Origin: Dongiaceae bacterium
GTDB taxonomy: Bacteria > Desulfobacterota > Desulfuromonadia > Geobacterales > Pseudopelobacteraceae
Assembly: GCA_035571735.1 (NCBI GenBank)
Contig: DATNCC010000174.1
Location: 1-63,141, forward strand
Length of the DNA: 63,141 nucleotides
Direction of reading: 5' to 3'
A program made the translations under genes and the position numbers. The notes beneath the pieces were generated by a model. It saw nothing but the letters and a program-made list of their open reading frames with translations. It was not told the origin of the DNA and made no database searches. The stretch's first letter is position 1; the number at the start of each line of letters is the position of its first letter. Shown one piece after another: positions 18,755-28,636 of this stretch.

Positions 18755-19522
18755 TCAAAGCCCTATGATATTGTACCCGCCGTCGACATAATGAATCTCG
18801 CCGCTGACGCCGCCGGCCATGTCGCTGCAGAGGTAGAGCGCCGCATTGGCCACGTCTTCCTGGGTGATGGTCCGCCTGAGCGGAGCTTTTGACTCGACAT
18901 GGTTGAGAATGGCGTGGAAACCGTTGACCCCCGCCGCGGCAAGCGTACGGATCGGGCCGGCGGAAATGGCGTTGACCCGTGTGCCTTCGGGGCCGAGCCC
19001 CTCGGACAGATAGCGCACGGATGCCTCAAGCGCCGCTTTGGCAACACCCATGACATTGTAGCTCGGGAACACCTTCATCGCCCCGTAGTAACTGAGTGTC
19101 AGAGCGGAACCGTTCCTTCCCTGCATCATCGGCTGGGCCGCTTTCATGATGGCGAGGAACGAGTAGACACTGATGTCCATGGCGGTGGCAAAACCTTCAC
19201 GGGTAGTATTGAGGATCGTTCCCTTCAACTCTTCCTTGTTCGCAAAGGCAACCGCATGGACGACAATATCGACGCCGTCCCAGATTTTGCCGAGCTCGCT
19301 GAAGACCGAAGCTATCTCGTCATCGCTGGTAACGTTGCAGGGGAGTATTACCGCGGCATCAATCGACTCCGCCAGCGGCCGAACCCGTTTCTCAAAGGCC
19401 TCTCCGGCATAGGTTATCGCCAGATCGGCTCCCTGCTCATGAAAAAGCCGGGCGATCGCCCAGGCGATACTCTTGTCGTTGGCAACACCAAAAATTACGG
19501 CTTTTTTTCCACGTAGTAACAT
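18755..19522 (-). CDS. fabI: enoyl-[acyl-carrier-protein] reductase (NADH)
   Basis: GVANDKSIAWAIA nucleotide-binding region and Y-x6-K (YNVMGVAK). Confidence 0.9.
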   Translation of the reverse strand: MLLRGKKAVIFGVANDKSIAWAIARLFHEQGADLAITYAGEAFEKRVRPLAESIDAAVILPCNVTSDDEIASVFSELGKIWDGVDIVVHAVAFANKEELKGTILNTTREGFATAMDISVYSFLAIMKAAQPMMQGRNGSALTLSYYGAMKVFPSYNVMGVAKAALEASVRYLSEGLGPEGTRVNAISAGPIRTLAAAGVNGFHAILNHVESKAPLRRTITQEDVANAALYLCSDMAGGVSGEIHYVDGGYNIIGL

Positions 19523-19542
19523 TGATACAATCCTCCAGATAT

Positions 19543-19878
19543 CTACACTGCGGGTGATGCTTCCGGATCTTTTTTTTCGGCAGCAGGTTCTGTTTGTATT
19601 ACTTCATGTTCAACCGGATGTTCATTGGATGAGGTGTCCGATGATTCGGCCGGTCCACCAATATTGTCAGCCGGACCGGCCTGGTTGTGCTCCGGTTCAG
19701 CCGGTTTAAGGCCGGCCTCAAGAACCGCCAGCCGCTTTTCTATCGATTCGAGAACTTCCAGCGTCCGGTCCTGCTTCCCCTTGATTGCGAATACGACAAA
19801 CGGCATGATCAACCAGACCACAGCCAGAAAAAGGCTGATGATACTCATCATCACCATGAAACCGCCGACAATCTCCAT
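19543..19878 (-). CDS. small membrane-anchored hypothetical protein
   Basis: One N-terminal TM segment (FMVMMSIISLFLAVVWLIMPFVVFAI), a short coiled segment and an acidic low-complexity tail. Confidence 0.5.
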   Translation of the reverse strand: MEIVGGFMVMMSIISLFLAVVWLIMPFVVFAIKGKQDRTLEVLESIEKRLAVLEAGLKPAEPEHNQAGPADNIGGPAESSDTSSNEHPVEHEVIQTEPAAEKKDPEASPAV

Positions 19879-19943
19879 TTACTTCTCCCGGAAAATATTA
19901 GGTTCACTTATAACACAATAACCTCAAAAAGCTAAGGTGATAT

Positions 19944-21455
19944 TTACTGCATCTGGCACAGTAGCGCAGCGTGACTGGAGCCGAAGTACGGCGGATCGTT
20001 CCTGACTATTGCGGCAACATCGGGGTGACGCTTGAATTCTCCCTCCAGGAAGCTGCGCACCTGCTTGCGGTTCCAGCCTCCGGGATGGCGGAAAGCGGTG
20101 TAGAGTGAAAGATCTCCCTCATAGAACGGCTGATCGCCGAACTCCAGCGCTTCATCCCCATGGAGCGGCATGTTGAACAGCGCCAGATTGAGAAAATTGA
20201 TCGCCTGATGGTGGCGGACGACAAATTCGAGTGTCCGGCGGGCCTCAACAATCGTTTCCCCCGGCGTTCCGAACAGCAGATAGCAATAGACCCGGATCCC
20301 GGCCATCCTGAGGTTATTCAGCACCCGGGAGGCCAATCCGAGATTAATCCCCTTGCCCATCCGGTCCAGCACACCCTGGTCGCCGGACTCCAGCCCCAGC
20401 TTGAGCATTACGCACCCGGAACGCCTCAGATCCCGGCAAAATTCAGGGTCGGCCAGACCCTCATCAATTCTGGCAAAGCCGTACCACTCCGCTCCCGGTG
20501 GATTCGCGGCAAGGGCACGCAGAAGTGCCGGACTGACGGCATTATCCAGCAGGTGGATCAGGATCGGCCCGGTCTGTTCGGTCAAAAGCTTCAGGTCTGC
20601 AATAACGCGGGAAACCGGGACGGGACGGTACCTGTTCCCTTCGGCACACTCCGGACAGAACGAGCAGCGGTTCCAGTAGCAGCCACTGGCGGCGCTGTAG
20701 GGGAGGATCAGTCCGGGCGAAAAATACTCCGTCAACGGCAGCTGTGAATAATCGGGGGTCGCGTGCCGCATCGGCGGCGCCGAGCTGCCCAGGAGCGCCG
20801 GCAACTGTTCTTCCCCAGGCCCGGAAACCAGATGATCCACCAGATTTACGAAGGGGTTGCGCCAGCCGGGACGCTGCATCCAGGAGGTCGTCAAGCCGCC
20901 GCCAAGAACTATTTTCAGCGCCGGGTACCGTTTCCTGACGTGGCCGATCATCGCAAAGGTGCAGAGCGCCTGACTGAGAAAGTTGAGCGAAAAGCCGACC
21001 GTGCTTATACCACCTAAAAGCTCCGGCAGACGCCGGCTGAAATAGGGGAAAAACGGATTCTGCTCCGGAGAGTGCGCCGCGGCAAGCAGGTCGTCACTGC
21101 GTAACGGCGAGAGTGTCTCATGATGGTAGTCGGCAAGCCCGGCCACGACTCCATTTCCGGAAGTCGAGAGGGCAAGAACCCGGTTGATGTCACTGGTCGC
21201 GCGACGATAGCGGCCGGGAGCCAGGTAGGTGCCGCGGTCACGCAGAGCGGCCAGGTTCCGTGCCCGCCCCTTGAATGCCCGTCGGCTCCAGGTGTCGCCG
21301 GGAGTCAGCGGCTGTTCCAGCAACCAGAGTTGCCCTTCCAGATTGGCATCCAGCAGGCGGCAGGGCATGCCCTGAGCCTTCAGTGAGGCCGCCAGGCGGG
21401 CAATGCCGGCAGGCGGTTCGCACGCTTTGGCGAGGGGCGGAAATATGAGCAGCAT
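19944..21455 (-). CDS. B12-binding-domain radical SAM protein
   Basis: Cys triad CYWNRCSFC in the central region. The N-terminal ~150 aa resemble a cobalamin-binding Rossmann-like domain. Confidence 0.75.
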   Translation of the reverse strand: MLLIFPPLAKACEPPAGIARLAASLKAQGMPCRLLDANLEGQLWLLEQPLTPGDTWSRRAFKGRARNLAALRDRGTYLAPGRYRRATSDINRVLALSTSGNGVVAGLADYHHETLSPLRSDDLLAAAHSPEQNPFFPYFSRRLPELLGGISTVGFSLNFLSQALCTFAMIGHVRKRYPALKIVLGGGLTTSWMQRPGWRNPFVNLVDHLVSGPGEEQLPALLGSSAPPMRHATPDYSQLPLTEYFSPGLILPYSAASGCYWNRCSFCPECAEGNRYRPVPVSRVIADLKLLTEQTGPILIHLLDNAVSPALLRALAANPPGAEWYGFARIDEGLADPEFCRDLRRSGCVMLKLGLESGDQGVLDRMGKGINLGLASRVLNNLRMAGIRVYCYLLFGTPGETIVEARRTLEFVVRHHQAINFLNLALFNMPLHGDEALEFGDQPFYEGDLSLYTAFRHPGGWNRKQVRSFLEGEFKRHPDVAAIVRNDPPYFGSSHAALLCQMQ

Positions 21456-21476
21456 GCCGTTCCCGGTGCCGGCCGA

Positions 21477-22562
21477 CTACTGATACTGGATGTAGAGCGG
21501 TTTGGGATTCAGCTTGAGCAGTTCCTGCGGGGTCAGCAGCGGATCCCCCTTCTTTGTGTCATTGTGATAGAAGAGCTTGAATCCGGTATACTGCACCGGC
21601 TCGGCGACCACATAATCCTTGTACGAATCCCGCTTCAACCAGGGGGCGCCCCAGCCATCCATATGCATGACCATTTGCACTTCGGGGTGCAGCACGATCT
21701 TTTTTGAGTTCGTGACGCCGTTACGGGTAAATCTGTGCACCGTGAATACCTTGGGGGGGAGGTTATATTTTTTGACCAGATCTTTCAGATAGCCGGAAGC
21801 GAAGTTGATGTCGGCTGCGTCGTATGTACCGATCTTTGTTCCCGGCTTTTTTCCGCTTTTTATCAGGTTGAATTCCGGATCAATCCCGAGATGCACGTCG
21901 GGATTCTTCAGGATCCACTCAAAACGGGGCAGAACCGAGCGGATATCGTCATGTCCGGTCTGAATATCGATAAACATGACCGCGCCCGCTTCCTTGGCCC
22001 AACCATATACCTGGTTGATGATCTTGTCCGGCATGATCATGCGGTACTTGCCGGATTTTCCGGGTTCCCCCTGTGCCACCACCGCAATCAGATGCAGTGC
22101 AGGCTGTACCGGCGTACCCGGATCGGCCGCCTGCCACCTGGCTACTTCGCCTTTCAGGCGCTTCAGCATTTCGTCCTTGGGATATTCACCGAGTGCTCCC
22201 ATCTTCTTCGAAAGCGGGTTGCCGTAGTATGCGACGATGCGTTTCGACGGCAGGATCGAACCGGGCAGCGGTGCGGCGCACCGTACCGGCCAGCCGCACT
22301 GTTTGGCATACTCGGGGCTCTCGCCGGCATTGTATTTTATTTTGGGAGCCGATTTACGGGCGGCGCTGGTCTGTGCCGCAAAAGCCGCGGCCTTTCTGGC
22401 TGCCGTGGTTGTTGCCGCAAAAGCTGCTTGAGCGGCCCGCTGTTCGGTTTCCTTTCGGGCAATCGACCCCGACTCGGCGCTTTTGCCGTCGGAACAGGCT
22501 GCAAGGGTAAGGACTGCAACTATCAACAATGGTGCGATAAACCTGATATGCTGGTATTTCAA
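21477..22562 (-). CDS. lipoprotein of unknown function
   Basis: Lipobox LTLAAC, an Ala-rich low-complexity linker, then a ~270 aa globular domain. I recognise no motif. Confidence 0.6.
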   Translation of the reverse strand: MKYQHIRFIAPLLIVAVLTLAACSDGKSAESGSIARKETEQRAAQAAFAATTTAARKAAAFAAQTSAARKSAPKIKYNAGESPEYAKQCGWPVRCAAPLPGSILPSKRIVAYYGNPLSKKMGALGEYPKDEMLKRLKGEVARWQAADPGTPVQPALHLIAVVAQGEPGKSGKYRMIMPDKIINQVYGWAKEAGAVMFIDIQTGHDDIRSVLPRFEWILKNPDVHLGIDPEFNLIKSGKKPGTKIGTYDAADINFASGYLKDLVKKYNLPPKVFTVHRFTRNGVTNSKKIVLHPEVQMVMHMDGWGAPWLKRDSYKDYVVAEPVQYTGFKLFYHNDTKKGDPLLTPQELLKLNPKPLYIQYQ

Positions 22563-22834
22563 ACTGAACTCCTTCGCTTCGTACGATAACTGACTGGCCG
22601 GGCCGGCTCTGCTTTGTCCTCATCTTCAACAAGAAAATCCTCGATGTCGATTACATCCTTTACCTTGAGTATAAGGGCGTCCGGCCACTCCCTGATCGAA
22701 AGCCTGGTCAGGATTTTCGACTCCTCGAAGGTCAAATCGACATCATCCGGCAGCTTGTCCGCCAGTTCGATCGCCCATCTCGTCTCATCCGCCGTCAGCG
22801 GAGCCTGCAGCAATTCCCTGCTGGAAATCTTCAT
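22559..22834 (-). CDS. small acidic hypothetical protein
   Basis: ATG 22834 after GGGGA. 91 aa. Its stop overlaps the lipoprotein start (ATGA). Confidence 0.45.
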   Translation of the reverse strand: MKISSRELLQAPLTADETRWAIELADKLPDDVDLTFEESKILTRLSIREWPDALILKVKDVIDIEDFLVEDEDKAEPARPVSYRTKRRSSV

Positions 22835-23005
22835 TCTGTCCCCATCGCGCATCATGTTTTTTGGAACCTTAATACATACCGCAAATATCATACTCCTTAC
22901 AAGCATTTTAAGATACTATTTGACAACAGAGTACGAAATGTGTCACCAGAGCAACGATTAACCACGCGCGAGAAACAACTTTCATCTTACCAAGGAGAGC
23001 CAATC

Positions 23006-23488
23006 ATGACCCTATGTCCATGCGGAAGTGGCAGCCCCTACTCCGGGTGCTGCGAACCGATCATCTCGGGCGGGCGGCCGGCAGCCACCGCCGAGCAGCT
23101 TATGCGCGCCCGCTATTCGGCCTACGTCTTCGCAAAGATGGATTTTGTCTTTGATAGTACCCACCCCGACCACCGCCAGGGGTACGATCACGCCGGCACG
23201 AAGGAGTGGGCTGAAACCGCCGAATGGCAGGGACTTGAAATCATCGGCACAAACAGGGGCGGAGTTGACGACTCCGTCGGAGAAGTTGAATTCATCGCCC
23301 GTTTCACAGAGAAAGGTGCCAAGCGCGAGCATCACGAAGCGGGGCAGTTCAAGCGAAAAGATGGCAGCTGGTATTTTACCGAAGGGAAGATGGTCCGTCC
23401 GAAGCCGTTGACGGTAACCAGGATCGGCCGCAACGATCCATGCAGTTGCGGAAGCGGGCTCAAATACAAGAAATGCTGCGGAAAATGA
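23006..23488 (+). CDS. ychJ: YchJ-family SEC-C motif protein
   Basis: N-terminal CPCGSG...CC and C-terminal [20 protein letters not shown] motifs flank an NTF2-like core. RBS AAGGAGAG. Confidence 0.8.
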   Translation: MTLCPCGSGSPYSGCCEPIISGGRPAATAEQLMRARYSAYVFAKMDFVFDSTHPDHRQGYDHAGTKEWAETAEWQGLEIIGTNRGGVDDSVGEVEFIARFTEKGAKREHHEAGQFKRKDGSWYFTEGKMVRPKPLTVTRIGRNDPCSCGSGLKYKKCCGK

Positions 23489-23515
23489 TGCCGAGTCTGT
23501 TACTGTAGACATGAA

Positions 23516-23551
23516 AACCGGAAAGGCGGCTGATAAGCCGCCTTTCCGGTT
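23516..23551. terminator. bidirectional terminator between convergent ychJ and ubiE
   Basis: AACCGGAAAGGCGGC-tgataa-GCCGCCTTTCCGGTT, a 15-bp perfect stem. Confidence 0.8.
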
Positions 23552-23577
23552 AACCGTCCATCAATACGCACGTAATT

Positions 23578-24288
23578 TTATTCTTTTTCTCCGACGTAGA
23601 TCGTGGCAATGCCGAAGGTAAGTTCATGAAGATGGATGTTGCGGAAGCCGGCTTCGGCGATCATGCGCGAGAACTCTTCCTGTGAAGGAAATTCAAGCAC
23701 GGAGTCAGGAAGGTACTTGTAGGCGTTATATCGCGAGAACAGCCCCCCGACAACCGGCAGCAGACGACGGAAATAAAAATAGTACAGCTGCCTGAACAGC
23801 TTTGAACTTGGCGTGGAAAACTCCAGTATGATCATCCGACCGCCGGGACGCAGCACCCGCCACATTTCCGCTAGCCCCAGCTTGCGATCAACAACGTTTC
23901 TGATGCCGAAGGCGATGGTAATCGAGTCGAAAGTATCGTCGGCAAACGGCAGGTCCTCACAGGGGGCCACCTTGAGGTCAATCCTGTCGGCATATGGCGA
24001 TGCCGCCACCTTCACGGCCCCAAGATCAACCATCTCCTTGCAGAAGTCGGCTCCGGTAATCTTGACCGACGCAGGCGTACGGAGGGCAATTTCCATGGCA
24101 ACATCACCGGTGCCGGTCGCCACATCCAGAATGCGGGAGCCTTCACGGTATTTGAGCAGCCGCACGGCTTTTGTGCGCCACCGCCGGTCGATACCAAAGC
24201 TCAATAGCCGGTTAAGAAAATCGTAGCGCGGGGCAATCGCCCCGAACATCTGCTGGATTTGTTCCCCTTTGTCTGAAAGCCTGAACAT
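23578..24288 (-). CDS. ubiE: demethylmenaquinone / ubiquinone biosynthesis C-methyltransferase
   Basis: F..IA..YD..N N-terminal pattern, SAM motif ILDVATGTGD, 236 aa. Confidence 0.85.
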   Translation of the reverse strand: MFRLSDKGEQIQQMFGAIAPRYDFLNRLLSFGIDRRWRTKAVRLLKYREGSRILDVATGTGDVAMEIALRTPASVKITGADFCKEMVDLGAVKVAASPYADRIDLKVAPCEDLPFADDTFDSITIAFGIRNVVDRKLGLAEMWRVLRPGGRMIILEFSTPSSKLFRQLYYFYFRRLLPVVGGLFSRYNAYKYLPDSVLEFPSQEEFSRMIAEAGFRNIHLHELTFGIATIYVGEKE

Positions 24289-24412
24289 TCGTTTCCACTA
24301 CCTTTTAACGTATTTAAATGCTATAAAAACGGCGTGATTATGTAGCACATTTTGCCCGCAATTAACCAGAAAAAACGAAATCTTATGTATACCTAGAGGA
24401 GCCGCCGCCATA

Positions 24413-25831
24413 GTGATCCCGACAATCCGCATTCAGGATATCGCAGACATATTGATCATGACCTTTCTGCTGTACCAATTGTACTCATGGTTTCGCGGGA
24501 CGAGGGCAATTCAGGTTCTGTTGGGGCTGGGAGTTGTAACTCTTATTTATTTTGCAACCCGGTTCCTTGATCTGTATATGACCAGCTGGGTTCTTCAGGA
24601 GCTTGGCACCGTTCTTATCATTTTGATAATCGTCGTATTTCAAACCGAGATCCGGCAGACACTGTATCGCTTCAGCCTCCTGCGCCACATGCTTGATAGC
24701 CGTCAGGAAACCCGGCACAGCCAATTTCAGGATATTGCCGAGACTCTATTCCGGATGGCGGCCAACAAAACCGGGGCACTGATAGTATTTCAAGGCAAAG
24801 AATCGCTGCACGATCTGCTGACAAACGGTGTAGTGATCGACAGTGAGATTTCCCCTCAAATGCTGGAGTCGATCTTTTATGCCGGGGCGCCGTTTCATGA
24901 TGGCGCCGCGCTCATCAGTAACGGCAGGATCGAAAAAGCGGCCTGCCACCTGCCGCTCTCGGTCAGCCCGGATGTTCCGCAGCACATGGGAACCCGCCAC
25001 CGGGCAGCCCTCGGCCTGTCGGAACGGAGCGATGCGGTCATTGTCGCCATATCGGAGGAACGTGGCGAAGTTACCCTGGTAACCGCCGGAAAATTTCGCC
25101 GCATGAACTCCCCCACCGCTCTGATCATGGCGCTGGACGAGCTGCTGCGAAGTGAAGCCCCCCCCGCGCACATCACGCTGCGCGAGCGTTTTTTTTCAAA
25201 TCTGCTCCCCAAGGTTTCGCTTCTGCTTGGTGTGTGCGTTTTCTGGGTTTTGATAACTACCCGTCAGGGACAAATAACTACGGTAACAGCCCCAGTGCGG
25301 CTTCATGGCGTTCCTGACAGCCTGGTCCTGCTCCGCACACTGCCCGAAGATGTGACTGTCCAGATAAAAGCCATGTCAAGTCTGGCGCCGCCACCTTCGA
25401 AGCTCGACCTGACCGCTGAAATTGATGCCTCCAAAATAACCGAGGGTATCACCGCTGTCAGAGTCAGTCATGCCGACATAACCGTTCCATCCGGCATGAT
25501 TGTAACTTCGGTATCCCCCTCCAGCGTTAAAGTTTCAGCAGAAAAAAAGCTGCGCAAGAGCGTTCCGGTAAGGGCAGTTCTCAAAGGCAGGCCGGTAGCC
25601 GGCCGGTCACCTTTTAACATCATCTGCGAACCGGAATCTGTCGATATCGAGGGGCCGGCCAGCCAGGTCTCGCAGGTTTTATCCGTAGCGACCGAAGACA
25701 TCGACGCCAGCCAGTTGAAAAGGGGAAAAGAATACCTCAAGAATCTGCGAGCACCCGAGAAGCAGGTATCCGTCCTTCGAGACACCCCCGTTACCATTAA
25801 ACTTTCCGTTCGCGAGAGACGCCATAAATAA
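24413..25831 (+). CDS. cdaA: diadenylate cyclase CdaA fused to a YbbR/CdaR-like domain
   Basis: Three N-terminal TM segments, then a DAC domain (FHDGAALI, GTRHRAALGLSERSDAVIVAISEERGEVTLV). A further TM segment and ~200 aa of YbbR-like repeats (VTAPVRLHGVP..., VDIEGPASQVSQV...) follow in the same frame. GTG start. Confidence 0.8.
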   Translation: MIPTIRIQDIADILIMTFLLYQLYSWFRGTRAIQVLLGLGVVTLIYFATRFLDLYMTSWVLQELGTVLIILIIVVFQTEIRQTLYRFSLLRHMLDSRQETRHSQFQDIAETLFRMAANKTGALIVFQGKESLHDLLTNGVVIDSEISPQMLESIFYAGAPFHDGAALISNGRIEKAACHLPLSVSPDVPQHMGTRHRAALGLSERSDAVIVAISEERGEVTLVTAGKFRRMNSPTALIMALDELLRSEAPPAHITLRERFFSNLLPKVSLLLGVCVFWVLITTRQGQITTVTAPVRLHGVPDSLVLLRTLPEDVTVQIKAMSSLAPPPSKLDLTAEIDASKITEGITAVRVSHADITVPSGMIVTSVSPSSVKVSAEKKLRKSVPVRAVLKGRPVAGRSPFNIICEPESVDIEGPASQVSQVLSVATEDIDASQLKRGKEYLKNLRAPEKQVSVLRDTPVTIKLSVRERRHK

Positions 25832-25884
25832 AGGATTGGCAGATGTTTTTGCCCCCTCCGATACCCTGAAAAATGCAACAAAGA

Positions 25885-25913
25885 TTGACTTTTAAAATCG
25901 GTTGTTATATAAA
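25885..25913 (+). promoter_or_regulatory. sigma70-like promoter
   Basis: TTGACT, 17-nt spacer, TATAAA. About 40 nt upstream of ATG 25955. Confidence 0.5.
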
Positions 25914-25954
25914 CGGGTCCTTCTTTACGGAAATTCAAACAATTTGGAGGGAAC

Positions 25955-26983
25955 ATGGCCCGAATTCGTATTATTGCTACGATCTGCCTCATACTCCTGA
26001 CACTACCTCAGCTGGTTCTGGCTTCAAAATCTCATGTGGTACGAAAAAGCGAATCCCTGCAGTCAATTGCCCGTAAATATCATGTGTCCGCCGATGAGCT
26101 GAAAGCCGTCAACAACCTGACCTCTTCCCGTGTTTCCAAGGGTACGCGCCTGATCATTCCGTCACATGCCGAGTCAAAACAAAAGAAAGCGACAGCTTCG
26201 GTTCGCCAGGATTCCTATAAGGTTGCCAAGGGCGATACGCTTCCCAAAATAGCAAAAAAAACCGGCGTCAAAATGGCTGACATCAGAAGCCTGAACGGCC
26301 TGAAAGGGAACAGGATCAAGCCCGGCCAGGTGCTTGTCCTCGTGGCTGCTGAGGTTCCCACTCGTTCAGCCAGCACCAACAGACTGCAGCTTATAAACAA
26401 GGATCTTTTAAATGAGCAGGAACTGACCGACACGCTCGCCGAATTGACCGATCTTGAGTCGGATCACCCGGTCGACCTCGCCAAATCACTTGAAGCCAAT
26501 CAGGCTATCAACAGCCTAAAAAAGAGCGCCTACAGCTTTCTGGGTGCCCGCTATCGTTTCGGAGGGAGCAGCCGCGGCGCTCTTGACTGTTCGAGCTTCA
26601 CTCAGCAGGTTTTTCGAGAGCAGAGTGTCAAGCTTCCCCGAACGGCCCGGGAACAATTTTATGTCGGCAACGAAGTCATGCGCGGTGACCTGAAAAAAGG
26701 TGACCTCGTCTTCTTCCAGACCTACGCCAGTTTCCCTTCGCACGTCGGTATTTATCTTGGTAACCGCAAGATGATTCATGCCTCTTCGCGTGAACACCGC
26801 GTTGTTATTTCGTCAATGGATACCCCTTACTACCTGTCACGCTATCTGGGAGCGAGGCGCATGACAAATACGGCTTCCGACTCCATCAATTTCAATGAAC
26901 TGCTGCTTGGTGTCGAAGAAGAAAATGAAAATGATATTTTAGCAAACGATACGCTCGGTGTATCGCTTAACCTTGCCAAATAG
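25955..26983 (+). CDS. LysM-repeat NlpC/P60 peptidoglycan endopeptidase
   Basis: Signal peptide, two LysM repeats (HVVRKSESLQSIARKY..., YKVAKGDTLPKIAKK...) and a C-terminal NlpC/P60 domain (LDCSSFTQQVF, GDLVFF, HVGIYLG). Confidence 0.85.
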   Translation: MARIRIIATICLILLTLPQLVLASKSHVVRKSESLQSIARKYHVSADELKAVNNLTSSRVSKGTRLIIPSHAESKQKKATASVRQDSYKVAKGDTLPKIAKKTGVKMADIRSLNGLKGNRIKPGQVLVLVAAEVPTRSASTNRLQLINKDLLNEQELTDTLAELTDLESDHPVDLAKSLEANQAINSLKKSAYSFLGARYRFGGSSRGALDCSSFTQQVFREQSVKLPRTAREQFYVGNEVMRGDLKKGDLVFFQTYASFPSHVGIYLGNRKMIHASSREHRVVISSMDTPYYLSRYLGARRMTNTASDSINFNELLLGVEEENENDILANDTLGVSLNLAK

Positions 26984-27010
26984 CACCTGTTACATGTTCA
27001 TAGCTACCAC

Positions 27011-27040
27011 ATCCGGGTCCCATGACCCGGATTTTTTTTC
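27011..27040 (+). terminator. intrinsic terminator
   Basis: ATCCGGGTC-ccat-GACCCGGAT followed by T8. It ends 4 nt before the next ATG. Confidence 0.8.
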
Positions 27041-27043
27041 GCC

Positions 27044-28588
27044 ATGAAAATCATGCTCGCCTACCAATCCGGACTGTCGGACCGCAGTGACCCTTATATC
27101 AATCTCGTACCAACCGGCTTGTGCTACCTGCACGCCTGTCTATCCGAAGCCGGGTTTGACTCGATCCTGGCCAATTTTTCAGCCTGGCCGGACTCAAGAA
27201 TCGCCTTGGAATTACGGTCATTCCATCCCGATGTAATGGGCATTTCCCAATGGACTCATAACAGGCACGATTCTCTTAAACTTGCCCGGATTTGTCGTAA
27301 TCTTCTCCCGAACACCATGATTGTCATGGGAGGAGGGCACGCAACTTTCTGCTATGAAGACATCCTGTTCGAAGGCTCTCCTGTGGATATTGTCGTTCGG
27401 GGCGAAGGTGAGTCCACACTGCTGGAACTGGCATCACGGTTGTCCTCGGGAATGGAATGGCAGAGCATCGCCGGAATAGCATTTCGCCATAACGGCACCA
27501 TTGTCGTCACCCCCCCTCGAAAAACTCTTGATGATCTGGATCGCCTGCCGCTGCCGGCGCGCTATCTGGACAGGTCTATCGGCCTTGATCCGGAACTGCA
27601 ATCCGAGTTCATCGTCACAACACGCGGCTGTCCATCAACCTGCTATTTCTGCAGTTCCCCCGATTTTTGGGGAAGAAAGGTACGCTTCCGTTCACCGGGC
27701 GCTATTATTGAAGAGATCCGGTATATTCGTCATAAGTTCGGCCTGATCTATTTTTCGATACGCGATGACACCTTTACGGCTGACCGCAGGCGGGTCCTTG
27801 AATTCTGCTCGCTTCTGCAGGATGAGGAGGTCAAAATCCTCTGGAACTGCCAGTCGCGAGTCACTGCAATTGACGAAGAGCTGCTGATAGAAATGAAACG
27901 GGCCGGCTGCGAATGCATTCAGCTCGGTGTCGAATCCGGTTCTCCGCACATTCTTCGGCAGCTGGGTAAAAACATCACTCCGGCCCGGATCAAACATGCA
28001 TGTGCATTAATCAGGGATATCGGCATAAATCTTTCTATCTACCTGATCAGTGACGTTCCGGGAGAAACCGATGCCGACATTCGGCAAACGATCGAACTGG
28101 TGCGCCACACTCATCCGGATGACGGCTACGTTTCGCCTCTTGCCTATTATCCGGGCACGCAGCTCTATAAAGACGCACTGACATCCGGCAGCATTACCGC
28201 CGGAATTTTCTCCGACTCACGAAAAGCCGCCCTCTATGTCGCCTCCAAGCCTTCAGGACAGGCATCCACACGCCTTCTGAAAGAGCTGTCAAATAATCAG
28301 CAGGATGATCCGGAACGCTTCAAAAGACAGAAGAAGCGTCTAGGATATTGCTACACTACCAATGTTATTGCAGGAGAGTGGTATCGCCAGCGGGGGGAAT
28401 ACAAGAAAGCCGAACAGGAACTGCGGGAGATTACAACCCGCCAACCGGGTAATCCATGGGGGTGGTTTCTTCTCGGAGATTTGTATTCAGAACAGGGGAA
28501 TTTCAAAAAAGGGAAGGAGTTCTTTGCCAAGGTTCTTGGCATTGTCCCGGAGCATGGCCCATCAAAAGCGGCACATTCGGCTGTATAA
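27044..28588 (+). CDS. B12-binding-domain radical SAM protein with C-terminal TPR region
   Basis: CPSTCYFC triad. N-terminal B12-binding-like domain (MIVMGGGHATF). C-terminal TPR-like repeats (AGEWYRQRGEYKKAEQELREI..., LGDLYSEQGNFKKGKEFFAKVL). Confidence 0.75.
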   Translation: MKIMLAYQSGLSDRSDPYINLVPTGLCYLHACLSEAGFDSILANFSAWPDSRIALELRSFHPDVMGISQWTHNRHDSLKLARICRNLLPNTMIVMGGGHATFCYEDILFEGSPVDIVVRGEGESTLLELASRLSSGMEWQSIAGIAFRHNGTIVVTPPRKTLDDLDRLPLPARYLDRSIGLDPELQSEFIVTTRGCPSTCYFCSSPDFWGRKVRFRSPGAIIEEIRYIRHKFGLIYFSIRDDTFTADRRRVLEFCSLLQDEEVKILWNCQSRVTAIDEELLIEMKRAGCECIQLGVESGSPHILRQLGKNITPARIKHACALIRDIGINLSIYLISDVPGETDADIRQTIELVRHTHPDDGYVSPLAYYPGTQLYKDALTSGSITAGIFSDSRKAALYVASKPSGQASTRLLKELSNNQQDDPERFKRQKKRLGYCYTTNVIAGEWYRQRGEYKKAEQELREITTRQPGNPWGWFLLGDLYSEQGNFKKGKEFFAKVLGIVPEHGPSKAAHSAV

Positions 28589-28592
28589 AAAA

Positions 28593-28617
28593 ACGGGGCC
28601 ATTTAGCATGGCCCCGT
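28593..28617 (-). terminator. intrinsic terminator (T-run only on the minus strand)
   Basis: ACGGGGCCAT-ttagc-ATGGCCCCGT. On the minus strand it is followed by TTTTTTTA. Confidence 0.7.
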
Positions 28618-28636
28618 CCGAGGTTCGTCCTGATTA

